This document shows, one piece after another, positions 19,040 through 28,667 of a stretch of 32,714 nucleotides of DNA. The stretch is from Eledone cirrhosa (taxonomy: Eukaryota), in contig CAXHJY010001728.1 of NCBI GenBank assembly GCA_964016885.1, positions 1 to 32,714 of the forward strand. The letters are read 5' to 3'. Each line of letters begins with the position of its first letter. Positions within the stretch are counted from its first letter, which is position 1. Under the pieces are notes generated by a model, which made no database searches, was not told where the DNA came from, and saw only the letters and a list, made by a program, of their open reading frames with translations. The position numbers and the translations under genes were made by a program.

Positions 19040-19095
19040 AGGGCGGTGCCCCAGAATGGCCTCAGCCAGATGGCTGGAACAGGTAAAAGAGTAAT
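19040..19095 (+). mobile_element. Probable retroposon 3' tail adjacent to the U6 fragment
   Basis: GGCGGTGCCCCAGAATGGCC, hairpin CAGCCAGATGGCTG, then GTAAAAGAGTAA; resembles a SINE tail recalled from octopus, not verified. Confidence 0.5.
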
Positions 19096-19295
19096 ACAAT
19101 TATTTTATATAGAAATGACTTCTACACAACTAGAACTGTTTCATTCATAAGAGATGATCAAATACCTTCTGATGATTTCAAATGAATTAAGTCATTTCTG
19201 TATACAATAAAGCTGCCTCTAGTCTACCAATGTATTGAGTACCATTTTTTAGCTGTTGTCTTTTCCCAATCCCCATCAGGACTCCACCTATAATT

Positions 19296-19308
19296 GTGTG
19301 TGTGCACA

Positions 19309-19347
<39 letters not shown>
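19296..19347. repeat. (GT)/(CA)n microsatellite
   Basis: Direct reading. Confidence 0.9.
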
Positions 19348-19348
<1 letters not shown>

Positions 19349-19404
19349 TTGTAGTAAGGTTACTTGGATGCATCCCATAGGCAGAAGATTTGCTTCAAAG
19401 TTGC

Positions 19405-19502
19405 TAGACGTATCTGAGGAACTTGTGAATCCAGAGTCAGGTTTGATCCACAAACAAATCGCACCTCGAGCTGGTCGCCGGAGAAACAATTGTAATACGC
19501 TA
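19405..19502 (+). ncRNA. Type I hammerhead-like motif with imperfectly closed long stem II
   Basis: Stem I TAG(A)CGTAT/ATACGCTA, core CTGAGGA 19414-19420, GAAA 19483-19486, palindromic ACAATTGT, GUA site at 19494, AATAAA immediately downstream. Confidence 0.55.
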
Positions 19503-19542
19503 ATAAATTGTGTTTCGATGCATCACTGATTCTTCGTTTTCC

Positions 19543-19587
<45 letters not shown>

Positions 19588-19589
<2 letters not shown>

Positions 19590-19771
19590 CCAAAAGTTAA
19601 ACAAGGTTCATTGATTAATCAATGAATATAGTTTTACAATAGATTAGAAGCACTCAACTGTGAGTTTTCTGGAGTTATTAATATTAATTCAAAATATTAA
19701 TAAATATAGACATTCAACGTAATCAAAATATTTTGATTACGTTGATATCAATATTTTGATTACGTTGAATG
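19588..19771 (-). mobile_element. 3' fragment of the hammerhead element at 23798-24205, capped by snap-back inverted repeats
   Basis: 19588-19716 is the reverse complement of ~24081-24205; followed by the palindrome TCAACGTAATCAAAATATTTTGATTACGTTGA and a repeat of its right half. Confidence 0.85.
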
Positions 19772-19896
19772 GTTACGGCCCTTGCCATTCTGTGTTCAAA
19801 TCCCGTTGAGGTTAACTTTGCCTTTCATCCTCACGGGGTCGATAAAATAAAGCCCCACTGGCGTAATTGCTGGCCTTGTGCCAAAAGTAGAAACAA
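19772..19896 (+). mobile_element. 5'-truncated SINE family S2
   Basis: B box GTTCAAATCC and GCCTTTCATCCTCACGGGGTCGATAAAATAAAG (Nin/Deu-domain-like); matches the reverse complement of 24490-24620. Confidence 0.85.
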
Positions 19897-19926
19897 TTTT
19901 TTTGTGCTATTTTTCTCTGGATGGTT

Positions 19927-21343
19927 GTATAGGGGAGCAGTCAGCAAAGTTAGGATTAGCAATGAGTATAGCGAGGAATTTAGCATACAGGTTGGGGTCC
20001 ACCCGGGCTCTGTTCTTAGCCCCCTCCTGTTCATCATAGTCCTGCAGGTAATAACGGAGGAGTTTAAGACCGGATGCCCATGGGAACTCCTGTATGCTGA
20101 TGACCTCGCACTTATAGCTGAATCTATGGTAGAACTAGAGAAGAAATTCCAAACTTGGAAGCAGGGACTAGAAAGAAAGGGTCTCATAGTCAACATGACA
20201 AAGACTAAGGTCCTTGTAAGTAGACGAGAAGACAGAACCCAGATCCCCTCAGGGAAATGGCCTTGCTCAGTATGTAGGAAAGGTGTAGGTAGGAACTCCA
20301 TTCTCTGCCCCAAATGCAAACAATGGGTACACAAGAGATGTAGCAGGATCTCAGGAAGCTTAATTAAGAATGTAGGCTTCACATGCAGCAGCTGTGCTGG
20401 GACAGCAAGCAGCAAACAGCCACAGGAAACACAAGTACCACCAATCTCTGGGAGGGCTCTGTAGAAACAGTAGACAGCTTCTGCTACCTAGGTGACCGAA
20501 TTAGCAGCGGAGGTGGGTGTTCAGAAAGTACAATAACTAGGGTAAAAACGGGATGGAAGAAGTTTAGGGAACTACTACCACTGCTAGCTGCAAAAGGCTT
20601 CTCCCTCAAAATGAAAGGCAGACTGTATGATGCGTGTATCCAAACAGTGATGTTGCATGGTAGTGAGACCTGGGCGCTGAAGGTGGAAGACTTACGTAGA
20701 TTAGAGAGAAACGAAGCCTGCATGCTCCGATGGATGTGTAATAGTAATATACATGACCGACAAAGCATAAATGAATTGAGAGATAGACTAAGCATAAGAG
20801 GAATCAAATGCTGTGTGCTGGAGAGGCGGTTGTGTTGGTATGGACATGTGAAGCGTATGAAGGATGACAGCTGCATAAAAAGGTGCAGAGCACTAGAAGT
20901 CGATGGAAACCACAGAGTGGGGAGACCCAAGATAACCTGGGATGAGGTGATAAAAGCTGATCTTACCCAATTACACCTCTCAAAGGCGATGACACACGCA
21001 GTAATACAGAGTACCCGACCTCCCATGGGTACAAGCTGAAGCATATAGACAATATGCCTCCACACCCCCACTGCAAGGTGGTCGTGGAGGTGCGACGGCA
21101 AAAAAGCACCCAGCCCACACTGTAAAGTGGACGTGTAGGCACCACGAAAAACACCCAGCACTCACTGTAAATGAGGTTGGTGTTAGGAAGGGCATCCAGC
21201 TGTAGAAATCAAGCCAAATCAGTTCCTGTATGAGCAAGGCATGGTCAGCCGACCAGACACTGCCCACAACAGGACAACCCGTCTAACCCATGCTAGCGTG
21301 GAAGAACGGACGTAAAACGATGATGATGATGATGATGATGATG
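19927..21343 (+). mobile_element. 5'-truncated RTE LINE family 2 with a frameshift near 20440
   Basis: Overlapping ORFs 19769-20464 (LLYADD, PHD-like finger) and 20383-21039 (FCYLG, HGSETW); 3' UTR and (GAT)n tail. Confidence 0.95.
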
Positions 21344-21899
21344 GAAGGGAAATTTTATTTAAAATAAAAGAAAGAATTTTCGATTCACCTCTGTTTGATA
21401 TTAAAACAAAAGAGAAAAAAACAAAAAAATAAATAGCCAAAGTAAGGGAACGTGACAAGGGAGTGACGGACTCTACACTCCAGTGTAGACTGTATATCAG
21501 ACGAATGGAAAAGACATTGCCACATAGAACAGCTGGCAACACCTGCTGCATCAACAATTCTATCTCATGTAGCTCTTTCCTAAGGTGGGATCTGCTCCTC
21601 TACATATTGTTGAAGAAAGCAACAGTTCTGTGTCTGAGGACACACAAAGTCTCAAAAGCAATTTTCTGAAAATATTTCCTGTTTTCTTGTTTCATTTCTT
21701 TAGGCATGGTTCATTGGTTGCTAATGATAGCATTTTTGATGTCATGTTTGTTTCACCTCATTCCAGCTTTTCTTTATTCCGTCTAGTTTTGCAAATTGTT
21801 GTGCTTAGCTCAATGATTATTCATCATGGTTCAAAAGTTTTATTTCCTGTTACTTTTGAAGTGTTGTTCTCTCTCTCTATGTGAGATTCTAACTGTAAA

Positions 21900-21912
21900 C
21901 ACACGCACGCAC

Positions 21913-21949
<37 letters not shown>

Positions 21950-21950
21950 A

Positions 21951-22024
<74 letters not shown>

Positions 22025-22062
22025 ACACACATACACACACACACACACACATATATATATAT
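21900..22062. repeat. Compound (CA)n/(TA)n microsatellite
   Basis: Direct reading. Confidence 0.95.
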
Positions 22063-22441
22063 GGAGGCACATGGCTTAGTGGTTAGAGCATTGGCCTTGC
22101 AATCGAAAGGTTGTGAGTTCAATTCTCAGACCGGGTGATGTTGTTTCCTTGAGCAAGACACTTTATTTCACATTGCTCCAGTTTACTCAGCTGTAGAAAT
22201 GAGATGATAGGACTGGGGTCCCTATCATTCCACTGCAAACTGGTCGTGGAGGTGCCACAGCAAAAAAGCACCCAGCACTCACTGTAAAGTGGACGTGTAG
22301 GCACCATGGTAAAAAAGCACCTAGTACTCACTGTAAATAAGGTTGGTGTTAGGAAGGGCATCCAGCTGTAGAAATCAAGCCAGAATCAATTTCCATCCCA
22401 CCCTTGCAAGCAGGGAAAAGCGGACGTAAAATGATGATGAT
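22063..22441 (+). mobile_element. tRNA-derived SINE family S1, with an extra 49-bp internal unit
   Basis: Near-identical to 5391-5726; CACTGTAAA recurs at 22280 and 22329. Confidence 0.92.
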
Positions 22442-23013
22442 ATACAAACATATATTTATATATACAAATACAGGTGTGCATTATTGCTTTTGTCTGTATG
22501 CATGAGTGTACACATACATGTCTCTGAGTTTTATATTACTGATGTGTGCGTATGTGAGTGTGTCTGTCTGGTTTTTTTTTTGGTTTTTTTTTGTGTGTGT
22601 GTGTTTCCATGTGAGTGAGTGTTTATATATGAGTATGTACATGTTTGTCTCCATGTGTGTTTGTGACTATCTGTATTGCCTGTAGTAGAATTATTTTGAG
22701 TTTTATTTCTGTGCATATATGTAGACTTAAGTGTGTGTATGTTTGTGTCTGAGCATGTGTGTATGTAAATATAAATATGTAGTCTGAAAGTTGTCCAAAT
22801 ATCCACACATACACAAAGACATCCACACATGTGCATTTTTTTTTTTGAGATGTTATTCTTTGTGAATGTTTGCACTGAAAGGTATTTACATATGTTGGGT
22901 GTCTTTCAGGGAATTCAGACACTTGGTTTAGAAGTTTGGTTCATAACCACAAGTTTCTTGGTTCTATCTCTGCATGGCACCTCATTCTTGGGCTAATGTG
23001 TAAGGGAGCCTGT

Positions 23014-23044
<31 letters not shown>

Positions 23045-23499
23045 ATATACAGTATATCTATATATCTATATATCTCTATCTATATATATATATATATATA
23101 TGTGTGTGTATACATGCCTCTCCATATGAAAAACAAGAGGTGACATTTGTTAACATTCTTCATAAACTATACATCTTCTAGCTTAGAAATTCACTGAAGT
23201 AGTATGAGTTGGCATCAAGACGTTCTTCTAACATGAAAAAAAAACTGATCCCCAAAATAGCCTTGTTCGACCCTTACCAGCATGGAAACACAAACATAAA
23301 AGTGCTGATGAGGACATGACAAGCTCTCTAGTGACTGACCTAGGGAAAGACATATAGCTGTAGAAACCCTGCCAAAAAATAGAACATATTTCTGTGAAAA
23401 GATTCTGTGATAACCTTTCTTACCTATGCCTACATAGAGAACAGACACAAAATTATCATGAGGACATAAATATATATATTCATATATTACCATCATCAT

Positions 23500-23773
23500 C
23501 ATCAAAATCATCATCATCATCATCATATGTCTATTTTCCCTGAGAATAAGCTGGATAAGTTATCAAAGACAATGTCAGTACCTAATTGATGTCACTGACC
23601 TCACAGATAAGACAGCAGCTGCATCTCTCATTCATACATTTCTGCACTTTTCAAATTGCACTGATTGTATTTAATCATGGCATCAGCAATAAGAAGGTTG
23701 TCATATTTTTGATATAACTGAAGTCTTTTTTACCCTTTGTTTAGAAAATGTTCTACAGTTGGATGCCCTTCTT
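23500..23773 (-). mobile_element. Old degenerate RTE-tailed retroposon fragment
   Basis: (CAT)n run and TTCTACAGTTGGATGCCCTTC motif shared with the RTE/SINE 3' region. Confidence 0.5.
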
Positions 23774-23847
23774 ATCACATATACATATATATGTAGATAA
23801 TATTAATTCAAAATATTAATAAATATAGACATTCATGTGATCAAATA

Positions 23848-23913
23848 TATTTTATTATATATATTTCAGAGGTACTGTGCTGTTTCCTCAGTACATCCTC
23901 ATCAGATAAAATA
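23848..23913 (-). ncRNA. Type I hammerhead ribozyme (mirror copy)
   Basis: Exact reverse complement of 24003-24068. Confidence 0.8.
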
Positions 23914-24002
23914 AATTGATGTCTGACATATCTCAACTGTGCTGATGGTTCAATTCCAGTCTTTAAACCATCAGCACAGTTGAGGTATGTCTGACATCAA
24001 TT

Positions 24003-24068
24003 TATTTTATCTGATGAGGATGTACTGAGGAAACAGCACAGTACCTCTGAAATATATATAATAAAATA
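24003..24068 (+). ncRNA. Type I hammerhead ribozyme
   Basis: Stem I TATTTTAT/ATAAAATA; CTGATGA 24011-24017; stem II GGATGTACTG/CAGTACCTCT; GAAA 24049-24052; palindromic TATATA stem III; AUA cleavage after 24060. Confidence 0.82.
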
Positions 24069-24226
24069 TATTTGATCACATGAATGTCTATATTTATTAA
24101 TATTTTGAATTAATATTAATAACTCCAGAAAACTTCTGAGTGCTTCTAATCTATTGTAAAACTATATTCATTGATTAATCAATGAACCTTGTTTAACTTT
24201 TGGTTATATATGTATATATATATATA

Positions 24227-24370
24227 TCATCATCATTTTACATCTGCTTTTCCCTGCTCTCAAGGGTGGGATGGGTCTTATTCAGCATCTCTCCATTCGT
24301 CACGGTCCTTTGTCATCTCCTCCGTGAGCTTCAGTGATCTGAGGTCAGCTCTCACCACCTCTGCCCATGT
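24227..24370 (-). mobile_element. Short RTE LINE family-4 3' end
   Basis: Minus strand reads TWAEVVRADLRSLKLTEEMTKDRDEWRDAE*, then CCCACCCTTGAGAGCAGGGAAAAGCAGATGTAAAATGATGATG. Confidence 0.8.
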
Positions 24371-24485
24371 GCCTCAATACAACACATGAAAATGGGTACC
24401 ATCAATTTATACCCGTCCTCAAGTTTGTGCTACATTTAATGCAGTCAGAGAGTGTATGGCATCCAGTGTCTGCATTTATTATGCA

Positions 24486-24676
24486 ATAATTGTTTCTACT
24501 TTAGGCACAAGGCCAGCAATTACCCAGTGTATTACTGGTACTTTATTTTATCGACCCCGTAAGGATGAACGGCAAAGTCAACCTCGGCGGGATTTGAACT
24601 CAGATCGTAAAGGGACGTAACTATGCTGGAAAGCATGGCGTCCGACCTTCTACCGATACTGCCAATCCACCGCCTT
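24486..24676 (-). mobile_element. tRNA-derived SINE family S2 (Nin/Deu-domain-like), near full length
   Basis: Minus strand GGCGGTGGATTGGCAGTATCGG (A-box region), GAGTTCAAATCC (B box), GCCGTTCATCCTTACGGGGTCGATAAAATAAAGTACCAG. Confidence 0.87.
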
Positions 24677-24995
24677 GGTGCAAGTGGCTTCATCAGTGGG
24701 TCTCACCTAAATAACCAATCGATTGACAGGATATGATTCCAGATATATGTGAATTGGGGGTAGCAGTTCTAGTTCTGTAGAAGCCTTTTCTATATTTACA
24801 TGTGTGTGTGTCTGTCTGTGTAATGTATGTATGTGTGTCATCATCATAATCGTTTTTATGTCCAATTTCCCATGTTTACAGTGCTGGACAGAACATTTTA
24901 TAGTCAGATGCCCTGCCTGAGCTCTTTTAGTTGCCTCATATAGCATGCAGGATATGGTATATCTGTTATAAAATTCAGAGTACACACAGCATATC

Positions 24996-25093
24996 CAGAG
25001 TGTCCCCCAAAATGTATACACACTTCAACAACATTCTAATAAATATTATTTGCACAGGTAATCAAAGTGTATATACCTTTTTGGGACACCTTG
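24996..25093. mobile_element. Tc1/mariner-type MITE
   Basis: Imperfect ~30-bp TIRs CAGAGTGTCCCCCAAAATGTATACACACTT / AAGTGTATATACCTTTTTGGGACACCTTG, followed by TA. Confidence 0.7.
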
Positions 25094-25724
25094 TATATAG
25101 TAACTTCACTTGAGTACTGACTAACTCTGTGAAGACCCATCCAACCCTTGCTACCAGGGTAAATGGACATTAAATGATGATTAAGATGATATTAATATAT
25201 CCACACAGTAAGAGAGAAAGAGTGTTAAGATATATTGGTAAAAGATATAGATAACTAAAATATCTTTGCCAACAATTCTCTCTCTATAACCATAGTAATC
25301 ACTTTATCAGCTTGAGGGAGAGAATGATGGTTAACACTTTTAAAGTTTTCAATAACACCTGACATCTTAAGTGGGTCACAGAGCCTATAATGTCAAATGT
25401 CATTTATTGACTCTCATACATTAGGAAGATCTTTTGTAAAAGCCCATATTATGGCATATTGAAATGTTTGTCTTTTTCTTTTTTCTTAGTAGAATTCAGG
25501 GGGAGGTAGAAAGCGTTTCATATAAAACACATTTTTCTTCTTTTTACTATTTTAAGATATTCATTCTACTTTACATACTTCACAGGCAAATGTGAAATTG
25601 GTTCCTTTATGTTTTTCCATATCAAGCCAGCAAAGATCACACTTATATAGGTACGCGTGTGTATCTGTGAAATGTGTTTAACATGTGTATAGTGTGTCAT
25701 GTGTGTGTATATATATATATATAT

Positions 25725-26066
25725 CATCATTTAGTTGCTGTTAAATGATGTATGTGTATGTATATATATATATGTATATGTATACGTACATACATATATG
25801 TATACAGACATAGAGTAGTATGTATATATATATACATACATGCACACATATATACATGCACGTATCGGTTTACCGAACATTTATTATAATGCTCGGTTTG
25901 TTTGTTTAAACAAACAAACAGCCCGAGTGTGTATACATATATGTATGTACGTATACATACATACATACTTACATTTAAGTAAGTGCCATACTAAGAGTGA
26001 GAAATGAAATTTTGTTTCATTCTATTCCATTTATATATATATATATCATCATTTAGTTGCTGTTAA

Positions 26067-26072
<6 letters not shown>
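25725..26072. repeat. 26-bp hairpin direct repeat (25725-25750, 26047-26072) bracketing a palindrome-rich spacer
   Basis: CATCATTTAGTTGCTGTTAAATGATG occurs twice; perfect 24-bp palindrome at 25896-25919. Confidence 0.85.
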
Positions 26073-26109
<37 letters not shown>

Positions 26110-26224
26110 TATATAATATATATATATATATATAATATATATATATATATAATATATATATATAATATATATATATATATAATATATATATATATATAAT
26201 ATATATATATATAATATAATATAT

Positions 26225-26258
<34 letters not shown>
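26073..26258. repeat. (TA)n with TAA interruptions
   Basis: Direct reading. Confidence 0.97.
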
Positions 26259-26259
<1 letters not shown>

Positions 26260-26497
26260 TTGGAAACACACAGATACATGCGGACACACACATATATATA
26301 TACATGAATGCATCCGCACCCAACTGTGAGTTAAGGGTGCCAACTTCACCGATGTTGCTCAATGAATGACTGGGACAGACCAATTCAGTTTGAACTAGAC
26401 TGAACCAGTATCAGAGTTAAAAATACATTATGAAGAGAGAAGAAACATTTAGATATAATTAGGAATAAAATGTATCATACCTAAACTGTTCCTAAAT

Positions 26498-26585
26498 TCC
26501 TCGACTACGTAGTTTCGTGGCATAAACAAAAACAATATATCAAAGATATAGAGTCCTTGCGAGGTCTGCCGACTTATCAAGAGGA
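26498..26585 (-). ncRNA. Type I hammerhead ribozyme, U3-A8 variant (copy 1)
   Basis: Minus strand TCCTC-TTGATAA-GT(C)GGCA...TGCCAC-GAAA-CTACGTAG-TC-GAGGA; GUC cleavage between 26503 and 26502. Confidence 0.8.
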
Positions 26586-27094
26586 TACCTCATTTTACTA
26601 GTCTCAAGAACGCGTCTACACGACGTGAGAAAGAATCCCAAAAGGCGGAGGGGGAGATAGTCACGCGATATAACGGTCGAGAAACAGAGCTAAGCCTCCT
26701 ATAACCACGAAGAAAATACCACGGAGGCGGAGGGGGTATTCATATCGAGGCCGTAGAAGAGGTAGTGAAGAAGGCGAGAAGTATGAGTAGTGGAAGCTTT
26801 CCAGTTGTCCCCACACTTCAAAGATTGCTCGACCAGAGGGAGTTATTAATATATTTGGAAACACACAGATACATGCGGACACACACATATATATATATAC
26901 ATGAATGCATCCGCACCCAACTGTGAGTTAAGGGTGCCAACTTCACCGATGTTGCTCAATGAATGACTGGGACAGACCAATTCAGTTTGAACTAGACTGA
27001 ACCAGTATCAGAGTTAAAAATACATTATGAAGAGAGAAGAAACATTTAGATATAATTAGTAATAAAATGTATCATACCTAAACTGTTCCTAAAT

Positions 27095-27182
27095 TCCTCG
27101 ACTACGTAGTTTCGTGGCATAAACAAAAACAATATATCAAAGATATAGAGTCCTTGCGAGGTCTGCCGACTTATCAAGAGGA
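27095..27182 (-). ncRNA. Type I hammerhead ribozyme, U3-A8 variant (copy 2)
   Basis: Identical to 26498-26585 at +597; cleavage between 27100 and 27099. Confidence 0.8.
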
Positions 27183-27457
27183 TACCTCATTTTACTAGTC
27201 TCAAGAACGCGTCTACACGACGTGAGAAAGAATCCCAAAAGGCGGAGGGGGAGATAGTCACGCGATATAACGGTCGAGAAACAGAGCTAAGCCTCCTATA
27301 ACCACGAAGAAAATACCACGGAGGCGGAGGGGGTATTCATATCGAGGCCGTAGAAGAGGTAGTGAAGAAGGCGAGAAGTATGAGTAATGGAAGCTTTCCA
27401 GTTGTCCCCACACTTCAAAGATTGCTCGACCAGAGGGAGTTATTAATATATTTGGAA

Positions 27458-28407
<950 letters not shown>

Positions 28408-28425
28408 CCTCGCTCTCTCTCACTC

Positions 28426-28468
<43 letters not shown>

Positions 28469-28667
28469 ATAAATATATGATAGGAATTCACTTCGCCAAA
28501 TTTCATTTCATTGCCTGCTGTCCAAACGAAACTCATGTAAACGTAATGTACAGACTTCATCTCTCTCTCTCTCTCTCCTAGCGTATTTTCAAAACAATCC
28601 ATATTTCGTAGCAAGTCCAAATAGCCATTCTATCGCTAAAACAAACTACATTTTCTGTTTCTATTAA

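Larger units (their letters stand above)
23798..24205. mobile_element. Penelope-like/retrozyme-like palindromic element (inverted partial terminal repeat)
   Basis: Arms 23798-23950 and 23966-24118 (153 bp, 2 mismatches, 15-nt loop); the right arm continues to TGGTT at 24205, then TA; a hammerhead in each arm. Confidence 0.8.

Noticed and set aside
21430-21890. Short ORFs in unique sequence
   Set aside because: No recognisable motifs; cannot be supported without homology or RNA data.
24680-24700. Minus-strand CTGATGA next to the S2 SINE
   Set aside because: The remainder of a hammerhead could not be found beyond the SINE.
26661-26888. 75-aa and 67-aa ORFs in the tandem unit
   Set aside because: Non-ATG starts in low-complexity sequence and no RT or GIY-YIG motifs; treated as non-coding.
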